Shown piece after piece: positions 21,212 through 31,500 of a DNA stretch of 64,000 nt. The DNA is from a bacterium (GTDB lineage Bacteria > Electryoneota > Electryoneia > Electryoneales > Electryoneaceae), in assembly GCA_963675295.2 (NCBI GenBank), contig CAXXKJ010000002.1:3744001-3808000 (forward strand), read 5' to 3'. Each line of letters starts with the position of its first letter. The stretch's first letter is position 1. The notes under the pieces were generated by a model that made no database searches, was not told the DNA's origin, and saw only the letters and a list, made by a program, of their open reading frames with translations. A program made the translations under genes and the position numbers.

Positions 21212-21345
21212 CAACCGGGGACACTTTGTCCGACCCGAAGTACAAGCCAGCTGAACACACAACCGGGGACACTTTGTCCGACCCGAAGTACAAGCCAGCT
21301 GAACACACAACCGGGGACACTTTGTCCTCAAAGTGTCCCCGGTTG
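21212..21345. repeat. 48-bp tandem repeat ending in a perfect 17-bp hairpin (REP-like)
   Basis: caaccggggacactttgtcc at 21212, 21260 and 21308; caaccggggacactttg-tcct-caaagtgtccccggttg at 21308-21345. Confidence 0.9.
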
Positions 21346-21392
21346 ATCTATACACACAGATGGTCGACCGTAGCCCGCAGCCTGTGATTCTC

Positions 21393-23780
21393 CTATTCCA
21401 CCCTGAGCGTATCCGCCGGTTTGGTCAGCGCGGCACGGATCGCCTGCCCACTCACCGTCAGGAACGCGATCGCAAGCGTCGCCAGCGCCGCTAACGCAAA
21501 CACCATCGGTTCGACACCGACCTTCACCTGGAACGATCCCAGCCACTTGTTCATTACGTACCACGCAAGCGGCCACGCGATGGCGTTCGCAATCAGCACC
21601 AGGATTACAAATTCCTTCGACAGCAACATCACAATCGACCCCACCGATGCGCCCAGCACCTTGCGCAGCCCGATTTCCTTGGTGCGGGCCTGTGCGACAT
21701 ACGCCGCCAGCCCGAACAGGCCCAAGCATGCGATGAAGACGGTGAACGACGCGAACGCGAGGAACAGTTCGCCGAAGCGCTGGTCGGCGGCGTACTGGCT
21801 GGCGTACTCCTCGTCGAGGAAGAAGTATTCGAACGGCCATCCCGGCGCGAATTCCGACCATACGTCCTTCGTGTGCGCCAACGCGCCTTCCAGGTCACGG
21901 CCGTCAAAACGGATCGAGAGGAAATTCAACGGGAACACGTTCATATGCATCACCATCGGCGCCAACGGTTCGTGCAGCGACAAATGGTGATACGCCTTGA
22001 ACACACCGATGACCGGGCCTTCGTTGCCGTCCCCACGCGGCGGAAAATCAAATTCCATCCCGACCGGATTCTCCCAGCCCAGTTCCTTCGCCTCGACTTC
22101 GTTGATCACAAACGCCGCAGAATCCGCGGGGAAATCCTTATCGAAGAACCGGCCCTCGATCATCTCGATCTGGTAGGTATCGAGGTAATCCTCATCAACG
22201 ATCTGAATCCCGGCCCGCCGGACATCGTCATCCGGCACTCCTTCCGGCAACACCAACAGGATCGGATGCTGCCGTCCCGGGACTGATCCCGAGGCCGCCG
22301 CCGCCCTGATTGCGCTGTGTTCGAGCAGGCTGTTCTTGATCGAGTCGATCTTATCGCGCACTTCCTGGTTCTGCAGCTGCAGCACGAGGATGTGATCCTT
22401 CTGGAAGCCCAGGTTTTGCGCGTTGAGGAACTGCATCTGACGGAAGACGACCAGCGTACCGATAATCAGCACCACCGAGACCGCGAACTGGGTGACGACC
22501 AGCGCCTGACGCACCCGTGCGCCGATCGGTCCCTGTCGTACCTGGCCCTTAATCACGTCCACCGGCTTGAACGAGCTGAACACCAGCGCCGGACCGAGCC
22601 CGGACAGGAACGTGACCAGCAGGTAGAGTCCGAAATAGCTGAGCAGAAACATCGGCGACGCGAACACGCCACGGGCCAGTTGCAACCCGAACAGGTTGTT
22701 GAAGGTCGGCAGCAGCAGCTCCAGTGCGAGGTACGCGATGGCAAACGCGACAAACGCCAGCAGCGCCGACTCGCCGAAGAACTGCTGGATCAGCTGCCCA
22801 CGCCTCGCGCCGACCACCTTGCGCAACCCGACTTCGGCGGCACGTCGTGTCGAGCGTGCGGTTGAGAGGTTGATGAAGTTGATGCACGCGATCAGCACCA
22901 CCAGCACCCCGATCGCGCCGAATACCATCACTCGGTACAGGTCGCCGTTGGTCTGGATCTCGCCGATTTTGTGCGAGTGCAGGTGAACGTCGGTCAGCGG
23001 CAGGATCGTCGCCATCAGGTGATTCCCGAACGCGTCGAACCATTCCTTGGCCGTCGCGTCGATCACATCCTGCATCCCCGCCGCAATCGGCTCAATCGAC
23101 TCGCCTTCCGGCAGCACGATGAATGTGCTGAACGACAACAGGAACCAGCCGTTCGCCGGATGGCCGGGGGTCTGGTAGTACTTCAGGCCGCTGAGCATCT
23201 GGAACGAGAACTGCGACTCCTCCGGCATCTCGCCGAGGATCCCGGCGACCATCACGTCCTGCGTGTTGTTGATCGTGATTGACTTGCCGATCGGGTCGTC
23301 GTCGCCGAACAGTGCGTGCGCCGCTTCCTGCGTGATGCACACCTGGTGCGAATCGGCGAGCACCGTGTTCGGATCGCCCTCGAGCAGCGGCACGTCGAAC
23401 ACGTCAAAGATGGTCGTGTCCGCGCTGCACAGGGTCTCGATCCGGTAGCTGCGGTCTTCATGCGAAATCAGCAGGTTGCGCTGGAACGTCATCCGCACAC
23501 CGGTCTCGATCTGCGGGAAGTGTTCCTGCAACGCCGGCAGCAGGTCCCACCCGGACCGCGCGGTTTCGGTGACCGTGTCGCCATTCTGCATGTCCAGCGC
23601 CAGCCGCCAGGTCCGGTCCGCCATCGGGTGATGCTTGTCGTAGGACGTTTCGTGGATCACGTACTGGAACAGGAACACGCTGAGCATGATTCCGGACGCG
23701 AGGCCGAGGATGGTGATCAGGCTGTGCAGCTTCTGGCGTTTGTGCACGCGCAGGGCGAGTTTCAGGTCATTCCAGCTCAT
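21393..23780 (-). CDS. MacB/FtsX-type duplicated ABC permease
   Basis: Two MacB_PCD+FtsX halves: IACINFINLSTAR..RAAEVGLRKVVGA and RTKEIGLRKVLGAS. Confidence 0.92.
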   Translation of the reverse strand: MSWNDLKLALRVHKRQKLHSLITILGLASGIMLSVFLFQYVIHETSYDKHHPMADRTWRLALDMQNGDTVTETARSGWDLLPALQEHFPQIETGVRMTFQRNLLISHEDRSYRIETLCSADTTIFDVFDVPLLEGDPNTVLADSHQVCITQEAAHALFGDDDPIGKSITINNTQDVMVAGILGEMPEESQFSFQMLSGLKYYQTPGHPANGWFLLSFSTFIVLPEGESIEPIAAGMQDVIDATAKEWFDAFGNHLMATILPLTDVHLHSHKIGEIQTNGDLYRVMVFGAIGVLVVLIACINFINLSTARSTRRAAEVGLRKVVGARRGQLIQQFFGESALLAFVAFAIAYLALELLLPTFNNLFGLQLARGVFASPMFLLSYFGLYLLVTFLSGLGPALVFSSFKPVDVIKGQVRQGPIGARVRQALVVTQFAVSVVLIIGTLVVFRQMQFLNAQNLGFQKDHILVLQLQNQEVRDKIDSIKNSLLEHSAIRAAAASGSVPGRQHPILLVLPEGVPDDDVRRAGIQIVDEDYLDTYQIEMIEGRFFDKDFPADSAAFVINEVEAKELGWENPVGMEFDFPPRGDGNEGPVIGVFKAYHHLSLHEPLAPMVMHMNVFPLNFLSIRFDGRDLEGALAHTKDVWSEFAPGWPFEYFFLDEEYASQYAADQRFGELFLAFASFTVFIACLGLFGLAAYVAQARTKEIGLRKVLGASVGSIVMLLSKEFVILVLIANAIAWPLAWYVMNKWLGSFQVKVGVEPMVFALAALATLAIAFLTVSGQAIRAALTKPADTLRVE

Positions 23781-23944
23781 GGCAGGGTCTCGTCATGTGT
23801 GGACGCGGCAACGGTCAACTCTGGCTTGCTCCGCACAACAGATCTTCGCGGTTGCGCAAACGTGTCGTGCCGGGTATGCAAAAGCTACGGCACGCTTCGT
23901 CGAATTGCCCATACGACGACAGGCCTTGGGGGGAGGTTACAGAA

Positions 23945-24092
23945 TCAGTAGTCAGTAGTCAGTACACTGTCCTCAGTGGATAGTCAGGTAGTCATCCTGA
24001 CGCGCCGCAGGCAGGAGAAGGATCCCTCTTCATCAGTGGTCAGTGGTCAGTTATCAATTACTCATCACTCATAACTCATCACTCACCACTCG
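23945..24092. repeat. 7-nt periodic arrays surrounding a GTCATCCTGA...AGGATC element
   Basis: tcagtag x2 tcagtac; tcagtgg tcagtgg tcagtta tcaatta; ctcatca ctcataa ctcatca ctcacca. Confidence 0.85.
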
Positions 24093-24095
24093 AGG

Positions 24096-25553
24096 TCAGA
24101 TCTCATCCCCGACCGTCAGCGCGCGGAGAAAATTGGTCGTACCGGCTTTTTCGACGGGCAGACCGCCGGTCAGGATCACACGATCTCCCGCCGCGACGTA
24201 GCCCTCCTGTTTTGCTTTCTCGATCAGCAGCTCGGTGGTTTCCTTCATCCCCTTGCCAGGATCGACCATCACCGGGTGCACCGCCTGGTAGAACGCCAGC
24301 CGTCGCGCAGTTTCCCGTCTTGTGGTACCGACGAGGATCGGCACGCCCATCCGTTGCCGGCTCATCCTCATCGCGGTCGAGCCGCTGCTGATCGGCGCGA
24401 GAATCGCCTTCGCCTCGAGTTGACGTGCCAGTTCCTTCACCGCGCGGGAGACGGCGCTGTCGACGCTGCTGTCCTTCTTCTTCGTCAGCGGGATCTCGAC
24501 CACCGGCTCGGTCGCGGTGAGGATCCGGCTCATGATCTCGACCACCAGTTGCGGATGTTTGCCGATGGCGGTTTCACCGGACAGCATCACGGCGTCGGTG
24601 GCGTCGTAGACAGCGTTCGCGACGTCGGTAGCCTCGGCACGGGTCGGACGTGGCGCGCTGACCATTGACTCCAGCATCTGGGTTGCGGTGATCACGAAGC
24701 GGCGTTGTTCGCGCGCGAGGTGGATCAGGTGTTTCTGGATGACGGGTACCCGTTCAATCGGCATTGCGATGCCGAGGTCGCCACGCGCGACCATGATTCC
24801 GTCACAGCGCTGGATGATCTGTTCGATATTTTCGACGGCGCGCGGTGTTTCGATCTTTGCGATCAGCAGCGGCGCATACTCGCCTTTGCGTTGCATGAAG
24901 CGACGTACGGCAATGAGGTCGTCCGGTCCCTGCACGAAGGATAACGCGACCGCGTCCACACCCAGTTGCAGGCCGAACGCGATATGATTCCAGTCGTCCT
25001 CGGTGACCGCCGCGAGGTCGAGATCGGTGTCCGGAAAGTTGAGCCCTTGGCGGGAACGGATCTCGCCGTCGGTGCGAACCGTGGCGGTGATCGTGTCGTC
25101 CGAGACCTTCTCGACCTCGAGCTGCATCGCGCCGTCCCCGAGCAGGATGCGTTCCCCGGGCTCGACCGAGCGGTGCCAGCCGTCGCTTGCGAAGCCGACG
25201 CCGGACTCATCCCCGGTTGACTCGTTGTTGACACGGAAGGTGAAGGTGTCGCTCGCGGCGACGGTCACCGGTTCGTCCTTGAATTCCCCGATTCGCAGTT
25301 TCGGGCCGGGGATATCCTGCAGGATGGCGATGGTCTTGCCGGACTCTTCGGCGATTCGGCGGATGGCGTCGAAGGTGTGCGCGTGCTGGTCGTACGTGCC
25401 GTGGCTGAAGTTGAGCCGGAAGATATCGGCGCCGGTATCGATCAGGGCGCGGATGGCGTCGTCGGTATTGGATGCCGGGCCGAGGGTGGCGACGATCTTC
25501 GTCAGGTGGCTGCCGGGCTGCGAACTGCGAGCGGTCGCAGACATGGGTTTCAT
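24096..25553 (-). CDS. pyk: Pyruvate kinase
   Basis: TKIVATLGPAS, RLNFSHG, IMVARGDLG and ATQMLESM motifs. Confidence 0.97.
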   Translation of the reverse strand: MKPMSATARSSQPGSHLTKIVATLGPASNTDDAIRALIDTGADIFRLNFSHGTYDQHAHTFDAIRRIAEESGKTIAILQDIPGPKLRIGEFKDEPVTVAASDTFTFRVNNESTGDESGVGFASDGWHRSVEPGERILLGDGAMQLEVEKVSDDTITATVRTDGEIRSRQGLNFPDTDLDLAAVTEDDWNHIAFGLQLGVDAVALSFVQGPDDLIAVRRFMQRKGEYAPLLIAKIETPRAVENIEQIIQRCDGIMVARGDLGIAMPIERVPVIQKHLIHLAREQRRFVITATQMLESMVSAPRPTRAEATDVANAVYDATDAVMLSGETAIGKHPQLVVEIMSRILTATEPVVEIPLTKKKDSSVDSAVSRAVKELARQLEAKAILAPISSGSTAMRMSRQRMGVPILVGTTRRETARRLAFYQAVHPVMVDPGKGMKETTELLIEKAKQEGYVAAGDRVILTGGLPVEKAGTTNFLRALTVGDEI

Positions 25554-25710
25554 CCCTTGCTAGGTGGTAAACCTGTTCCCTACTATCATCAGATTGCGGT
25601 TGGCTTTTGCGTCCTGTTTCCGTAGTTTACAGGGTTCACAATCGCGGCCCCGCGACACGAATCCCGCAGATCGTTGTGAAGAGTATGCTACGGCAACCCG
25701 TTGGGGGAAG

Positions 25711-26982
25711 ATGATGAAGCTTGGATCCCGCGTTCTACTGGTGTTGATGCTGGCGTTGTTGTTTGCCGCCTGCACCTCACAACTCCGGGACGTCCCCAGT
25801 ACACTGTTCGTGACCAACGAACCGATGTCGGATTCGTTGAAGGAGTATACAACGTTCACGTTCAAGTCGGGTGACGCGAAGGGCAGCGCTCTCATCCAGG
25901 GGTATCTTGAACGTACGATTCAGTCGATGATGGAAGCGAAGGGCTACCAGCGCACCGAAGAAGATCCGGACTTTTTCATCTCGGTTGACTGGTCGTCCAA
26001 CCCCCGGCAGTATTTCCTCGGTGTCGGCGGCATGTTCGCCCCGGCGCATGACCATTCCCCGTTCTCCTATTGGGAAACCGATCCCGGCGACATTGAGCAA
26101 TACTACGAGCACGAGTTCCAGGTAAAGTTGTGGAAGTGGGGCTGGGAAGAACCAGTGTGGACGTACAAGGTGAATGCGAACGCGATGGTCCAGGATTATC
26201 GTGTCTCTGCCGCGTCGTTGCTGAAGAACTTCATGCTGTACATCCCCACGATTGGCACGGCGGAACGTCCCGGCGAATTCGTCGCTGACGACGAGTTTTT
26301 CGCGTACGCACGCCACGCTGTCGCCAACCGTGACTGGGCCCTCCCCGGGTTGAACACCTACATCACCTTCACCGAACGCCACTCGCGTCGCTGGGATGTG
26401 CGCGCGTTCAAGCAGGAAATTTCCAACCCGCCGATGATCGGGATGTACGTCGACCTGCTCGACAACGCGGTCCATTACAAGGTCACCGGCAACCAGGTTG
26501 AACTGGGCGGCCATTACGAAGTCAACGGCGAGGATTATTACGTCTCGCTGCGGGGCACGTACAACGGGATGAAGTTCATCATCGACGACGCCCGGCCGAT
26601 TACGTCCAGCGCGTTCGCCGAGTTGCGCACCGACATGATCGCGCACTCCCGCCGGATCGAGAAGGTGTACGATGTGTTCGAAAACGCCGTGCTGCCGTTC
26701 GGTGCGGTGATCGAGGAGTGGGACGGTGTCCCGAATCCGTTTGAACCGACCCCGGCCGGCATGCAGCAGGATGGTCCGCTGATGGAGGATTCGGAAGACG
26801 CCGGCGATCAGGACGAGCCGCAGATGGAAGAGGACGCCGTGACCCAGGCGGAGGACGAGGTGACGGACGAGCCGGTGCTGGATCAGCCGGAGGAAACGCC
26901 GGAGGAATCACCGGAAGTAGCACCGGAAGAGACGCCAGAAGAGACCCCGGAAGACACTCCTGAGGATACTCCGGAAAAATAG
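25711..26982 (+). CDS. DUF4136-like lipoprotein with acidic PEET-repeat tail
   Basis: LFAAC lipobox; EYTTFTF...MEAKGYQR..EDPDF pattern; about 8 PE(E/D)x units at 26887-26979. Confidence 0.7.
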   Translation: MMKLGSRVLLVLMLALLFAACTSQLRDVPSTLFVTNEPMSDSLKEYTTFTFKSGDAKGSALIQGYLERTIQSMMEAKGYQRTEEDPDFFISVDWSSNPRQYFLGVGGMFAPAHDHSPFSYWETDPGDIEQYYEHEFQVKLWKWGWEEPVWTYKVNANAMVQDYRVSAASLLKNFMLYIPTIGTAERPGEFVADDEFFAYARHAVANRDWALPGLNTYITFTERHSRRWDVRAFKQEISNPPMIGMYVDLLDNAVHYKVTGNQVELGGHYEVNGEDYYVSLRGTYNGMKFIIDDARPITSSAFAELRTDMIAHSRRIEKVYDVFENAVLPFGAVIEEWDGVPNPFEPTPAGMQQDGPLMEDSEDAGDQDEPQMEEDAVTQAEDEVTDEPVLDQPEETPEESPEVAPEETPEETPEDTPEDTPEK

Positions 26983-27074
26983 ATCGAACCGCTTTGCTCC
27001 GTACAACCCGCGTTGTCGGAGCCAACACGGGCAAGAATTTTAGCTTACGAGCCTGTACGTGCACATAGAGTAGA

Positions 27075-27104
27075 AAAGGGTCACCTGCGATCAGGTGACC
27101 CTTT
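27075..27104. terminator. Bidirectional terminator
   Basis: aaagggtcacctg-cgat-caggtgacccttt between convergent genes. Confidence 0.85.
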
Positions 27105-27216
27105 GAATTTACTACTGCTCCGTTTACCGACCGCTTGCCGATAAATCGCAGTCTGCAACTGGAACAGAAATCTGCACGTATCCGCCGACTAGCCAGCCTT
27201 CGACTTGCCGACTTCC

Positions 27217-28986
27217 TTACTGGTCTTCCTCGGTGCCGGTGTCCGCGGCAGCGTAGGTTCCGGCCAGCAACGAGCTGTACAGGTCTTCGTCGGACAGCAC
27301 CTCAATCGCCTTGACGATGTCCGGATCGATGGTCAGCGAGGCCTGAGTCCGGCCCGCGCTGCCGTCCAGCGCTGCCGCCAGCTCGACCACAAGACGGTTT
27401 TCCAGTTCGTCCCGTTCGCGTTCAAACAGGGCCGCGTGTTCCGCCTGCGCGAGGGTTTCCAGCTCGCCGATCGATTCGAGGAAAATGGTGCTGTCGGAAA
27501 CGGTAGTCAGGGATTCGTGCAGCTCAGCAATCCGTCCCTGCAGCTCGGTTTCGAACTCGAAATCGGTGGTGTCCATGTAGGTCAGGAACTGCTCATGCAG
27601 CACCGGCCCCATGTCCTTCCACGTGTGCTGCTCCGGATTCTGGTCCATGAACTTGCTGACGAAATCGAAGAACAGGTCCTGCCGCCACAAGGCGAGGGTC
27701 AGTTCGCCGACTTCATCGCCCTCGACCACGACATCCGGCACAATGCCGCCGTGCGCCACGACTTCACGTCCACCAGCGGTGTGGAACAGCGTGTCGGAGA
27801 TGACGTCCAGCTCGGACGGAATAATCGCGTCGTTGTCGTTAAAGTAGTCGGCCTTCTGGATCAAGCGTCCGGACGGGGTGTAATACTTCGCGGTGGTGAC
27901 ACGCAGCGCGGTGCCATCCTTGAAGTTGATCACATTCTGCACCAGCCCCTTGCCGAAGGACGTTCGTCCAATGATTAATCCACGATCGAGATCCTGCACC
28001 GCGCCGGAAACGATCTCGCTTGCCGAAGCCGACCCGCCGTTGATCAACACGACCAGCGGGATATCATCGTCCAGTGACGGTGGGGTCTGGGCGTAGTACA
28101 CGTTGTTCGTGCGTTCCAGCCGTCCTCGGGTCGAAACGATCTCCTCCCCCGGCTGCAGGAAGTTTTCCGCCACCGAAATCGCTTCCGGCAGCAACCCGCC
28201 CGGGTTGGACCGCAGATCCAGCACCAGCCCCTTGAGCTCCTGCTGCGCCTGCAGATCTTCAATCGCCAGCTTCACCTCTTCACCGGCGGAGCGGCTGAAC
28301 CGTGTCAGGCGCACGTAGCCGATACCGTCGCTGATGTACCCCGCGTAGCTGACGTCCTTGACCTCGATGCGCTCACGGGTGATCGTGTATTCCAGCAGGT
28401 CATCGACGCCGTAGCGGTTGACCTTCACCTTGACCTTGGTACCGGCCTTGCCACGCAGTTTGGACGCCGCGTCCGAGGTGCTCCACCCTTCCGTGGACTC
28501 ACCCTCAATAAACAGGATCTGGTCCCCGGCGCGAATGCCGAGACGCCACGCCGGTGTCCCCTCGATCGGGCTGATCACGGTCAGGACACGGTTTGTGCCA
28601 CGGGTACCGATCTGGAGGCCGACGCCGCCGTATTCCCCTTCGGAAAGGATTCTCAGATCATCCGAGTTCTCCATTTCCATGTAGTCGGTGTAGGGGTCGA
28701 GCGTCGCCAGCATACCCTTGATGCCGGCCTTCATGAACTCTTCCGGTTCCACCTGGTCCACGTAGCGCATGTTGACCTGGCGGTAAATTTCACCGAACAG
28801 GCTGACATTCTCGCGGACGGCACGGATCATGTCCATGCGTTCCTGCGCATCATCGGGTGAAACCTGCTGCTGTTGCAGATCTTCGTCCGGTTCTTCGGTC
28901 TGCGCCTGAACAATCAGCGGTGTGGTCAGCAGGAAGGTGAGGATGAACAGGCCGAGCAGGGCACGGCGGGATGTGAGACGAAACAT
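27217..28986 (-). CDS. S41A C-terminal processing peptidase (PDZ)
   Basis: LDLRSNPGGLL, SASASEIVSGAVQD, SFGKGLVQ and TTAKYYTPSGR motifs. Confidence 0.95.
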   Translation of the reverse strand: MFRLTSRRALLGLFILTFLLTTPLIVQAQTEEPDEDLQQQQVSPDDAQERMDMIRAVRENVSLFGEIYRQVNMRYVDQVEPEEFMKAGIKGMLATLDPYTDYMEMENSDDLRILSEGEYGGVGLQIGTRGTNRVLTVISPIEGTPAWRLGIRAGDQILFIEGESTEGWSTSDAASKLRGKAGTKVKVKVNRYGVDDLLEYTITRERIEVKDVSYAGYISDGIGYVRLTRFSRSAGEEVKLAIEDLQAQQELKGLVLDLRSNPGGLLPEAISVAENFLQPGEEIVSTRGRLERTNNVYYAQTPPSLDDDIPLVVLINGGSASASEIVSGAVQDLDRGLIIGRTSFGKGLVQNVINFKDGTALRVTTAKYYTPSGRLIQKADYFNDNDAIIPSELDVISDTLFHTAGGREVVAHGGIVPDVVVEGDEVGELTLALWRQDLFFDFVSKFMDQNPEQHTWKDMGPVLHEQFLTYMDTTDFEFETELQGRIAELHESLTTVSDSTIFLESIGELETLAQAEHAALFERERDELENRLVVELAAALDGSAGRTQASLTIDPDIVKAIEVLSDEDLYSSLLAGTYAAADTGTEEDQ

Positions 28987-29163
28987 GCGGGTCTCCGGTG
29001 CAAATGCGTATGGTGCAAACGGGCGGTCAGGGCGCTGGAATGTACACCCTGACCACTCGAAAGTCTGTGATTTCTCTAGTCGTACTCCCCCCACGCCGAT
29101 TCGGTTGCACGATGCGCGCGATCCGGCCCCTCATCATCTTAGACGAGCCAGAGGTGTGGTTCG

Positions 29164-29916
29164 TTACGCTACCACATGATAGCCACCGTCCACGGTGATT
29201 ACCGTGCCGTGGATCATCTTCGCATATTCGCTGACGAGGAACAGAGTCACGTCCGCGACATCGTCCGGAGTGACCAGCCGTCCGGCGGGAGTTTTCTCTT
29301 CGCTGTTGCCGATCAGGTCGTCCCGGTTCGGGAAATGCTTCAGTGCGTCGGTATCGACGACACCGGCGGACAACGTGTTTACGTTGATCCCCTGCGGGGC
29401 CAGTTCGACGGACAGGTGCCGCACCAGCGACTCCAGCGCGGCCTTGGACGCGCCCACCGCCGAGTAGTTCGGAATCGCGCGCACCGACCCGAGCGAGGAG
29501 ATCGCGACCACCTTGCCGCCGTTCTTCATCAAGGGCACAGAGTGTTGGACGAGATGCAGCAGCGTTGCGGCATTGATATCGAGCGTCCAGCTCCAGTGAC
29601 GGCGCGTCAGCTCCATCGCCGGTTTGAGAACACCGGATGCCGCGTTGGAAATCAGGATATCGATCCCGCCGAAATCTTCCTGGAACTGTTCGAACATCGC
29701 GTGCAGATCGTCTTCATTGCCGACATTGGCTCGGTACGCCTTCGCCTTGACACCTTCCGCTTCGATCAGTTCAATCGCTTCCGCCGCCGCCTTGCGGTTG
29801 CGCATGTAATTAACCGCGATGTTGCATCCCTGCTGGGCCAGACGCTGGGCGATCGCCCGTCCGATACCCCGAGTACCGCCGGTAACCAGCGCCACTTTCC
29901 CCGTCAGGTCCACCAT
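29164..29916 (-). CDS. fabL: Enoyl-ACP reductase FabL-type SDR
   Basis: NAASGVLKP.MEL...HW.WT..IN, SSLGS, SKAALE and DTDALKHFPNR closely follow Bacillus FabL as recalled. Confidence 0.85.
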   Translation of the reverse strand: MVDLTGKVALVTGGTRGIGRAIAQRLAQQGCNIAVNYMRNRKAAAEAIELIEAEGVKAKAYRANVGNEDDLHAMFEQFQEDFGGIDILISNAASGVLKPAMELTRRHWSWTLDINAATLLHLVQHSVPLMKNGGKVVAISSLGSVRAIPNYSAVGASKAALESLVRHLSVELAPQGINVNTLSAGVVDTDALKHFPNRDDLIGNSEEKTPAGRLVTPDDVADVTLFLVSEYAKMIHGTVITVDGGYHVVA

Positions 29917-30140
29917 ACTTCACCTCTCTCCGTATCTCAACGTCCGCTTGATTGTTCGATTCCGGTTGCGGCCGAATGATGCGTGAATGTTTGTCCGCAA
30001 CGGTGCGCGGATAAGTTGGGTTATCCAAACCCTCGCGGAAAGTAGCGGGCATGGGTCATTGGGTCAACGGGGAGACGGCGGCAGGATTGCCGTTCGGGGT
30101 TGATTCCATCAGAATCGCAGCTTCGCCAGAACGTCATTCC

Positions 30141-30256
30141 GAACGGAACGCAGAGCGTATGCCCCTACGTTTGCCCCGACGAGCTTGCTCGTCGGGAATA
30201 TCCAGTGTTTACAAGTTGAACTTGCAGTAGAACCCGACGAGCGAGCTCGTCGGGGC
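30141..30256. repeat. REP-like palindromes including an inverted pair
   Basis: cccgacgagc-nn-gctcgtcggg at 30175-30196 and 30233-30254 (the second preceded by GTAG); GTAGGGGC element on the minus strand at 30141-30168. Confidence 0.75.
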
Positions 30257-30296
30257 ACACAACACAATCGGAACCGTCCACCCCCAGACACAAAGC

Positions 30297-30324
30297 AGGC
30301 GCTGGATGGGGAGATCCAGCGCCT
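30297..30324 (-). terminator. Probable terminator of amt-porin
   Basis: aggcgctggat/atccagcgcct 11-bp stem. Confidence 0.55.
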
Positions 30325-30439
30325 CAGGGGCTCGGACGGTTGTGGTCAGAGTCAACAGTCCGAGGGTCGGTACAACAACACAAGCAACACGCGGCGGTTG
30401 ACATCAGCTTCCCCGTCAACCACCGCGGCAGGAATCAGA

Positions 30440-31450
30440 TCAGAAGGTGTAGGTCATCTCGAACGCAACTGTGTTCTCGCTGCCGACCGGTTTATTGTCC
30501 GCATCGAGGAAGATGTCTTCATCCGCCATGTCCATGCGGAACTCGATCAGGGCGCCGAGGCCCGGGCCGAGCACGAAGGTCGGGGCAACGGTGAACGAGG
30601 AACGGGTTTCCGCTGCGAAGATGTACATGTCGGTGTCCATCACGCTGTCATAGCGGCCCGTCAGACCCAGCCAGTTGTTGAAATCGTAGTGGGTCATGAC
30701 CATGAAGCCGGTCCACGTGTACTCATCGAGTTCGGTCGGCAACGGATCGTCGTCGGTAACCGTACCCATGTTGAACTCACCACCGAAGATCCAGTTTTCC
30801 GCCGGCATGAAGGTGACATCCACATCGATCACGGTGCGGGTCTTGGTCTGGTCGGGTTCGAAGACACCCATGATGCCGGAGACGCCGATGTTGAACTTGC
30901 GCAGATCGATGCCGAGACGGCCACCAACGGTCTTCGTCGAGTTGTCGTCCGTGTTCAAGTCCCAACCGTTGGCGACGTACGCCAGCAGGTTGACACGCTC
31001 GGTCAGATCAACGCTGAACATCGCGCCGGTCAGGTTCGTCGGCAGGCAGAAGTCGAACAGCAGCGAGTGCGAGTACTGGTACATGTCGTTCGGATCGAGC
31101 AGTTCCCAGCCGATCGGGGCGTTGAACTTACCGAAGGTGACGCCGACAGCCGGCGCGAACGGCAGTTGCCAGTTCATGTAGCCCTGCTCGACGCGGGCAC
31201 CATTGCTGAAGAACTCGAAATCAACACGCAGCGCGATGCCGATATCGTCAACCATGCGTTCCAGATCGATCTCACCCTGGTCGAAGCCGAAGGTGTTGTC
31301 ACCGGAATTCATGTTCGCCATGTAGCTGCCATCAACAAACCCGTTGATCGTGGTCTGTTCCAGCACGGTCAACACCGGCACGCCTTCCGCCGCGAACACA
31401 CTGAACGGCACCAGCAGAGCCATGATAAACACGGCCGTCAACTTCTTCAT
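30440..31450 (-). CDS. Putative porin (DUF1597/BBP2-like beta-barrel)
   Basis: Signal peptide; TFGKFNAPIGWE...NYSHS-like segment; ANGWD...DN..KTVGG; terminal YTF. Confidence 0.8.
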   Translation of the reverse strand: MKKLTAVFIMALLVPFSVFAAEGVPVLTVLEQTTINGFVDGSYMANMNSGDNTFGFDQGEIDLERMVDDIGIALRVDFEFFSNGARVEQGYMNWQLPFAPAVGVTFGKFNAPIGWELLDPNDMYQYSHSLLFDFCLPTNLTGAMFSVDLTERVNLLAYVANGWDLNTDDNSTKTVGGRLGIDLRKFNIGVSGIMGVFEPDQTKTRTVIDVDVTFMPAENWIFGGEFNMGTVTDDDPLPTELDEYTWTGFMVMTHYDFNNWLGLTGRYDSVMDTDMYIFAAETRSSFTVAPTFVLGPGLGALIEFRMDMADEDIFLDADNKPVGSENTVAFEMTYTF

Positions 31451-31500
31451 GTTTCTCTCCCTCTACGTTTCCGCAGCAATCCCCAGCTGCTCTCCCTGGA

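Noticed and set aside
21212-21345. CRISPR array
   Set aside because: Segments between the repeats are identical, only 2-3 units are present, and there are no cas genes.
27125-27216. Additional periodic array after the S41 peptidase stop (gccgact-like units)
   Set aside because: The period is irregular (7-8 nt) with few units, too weak to call.
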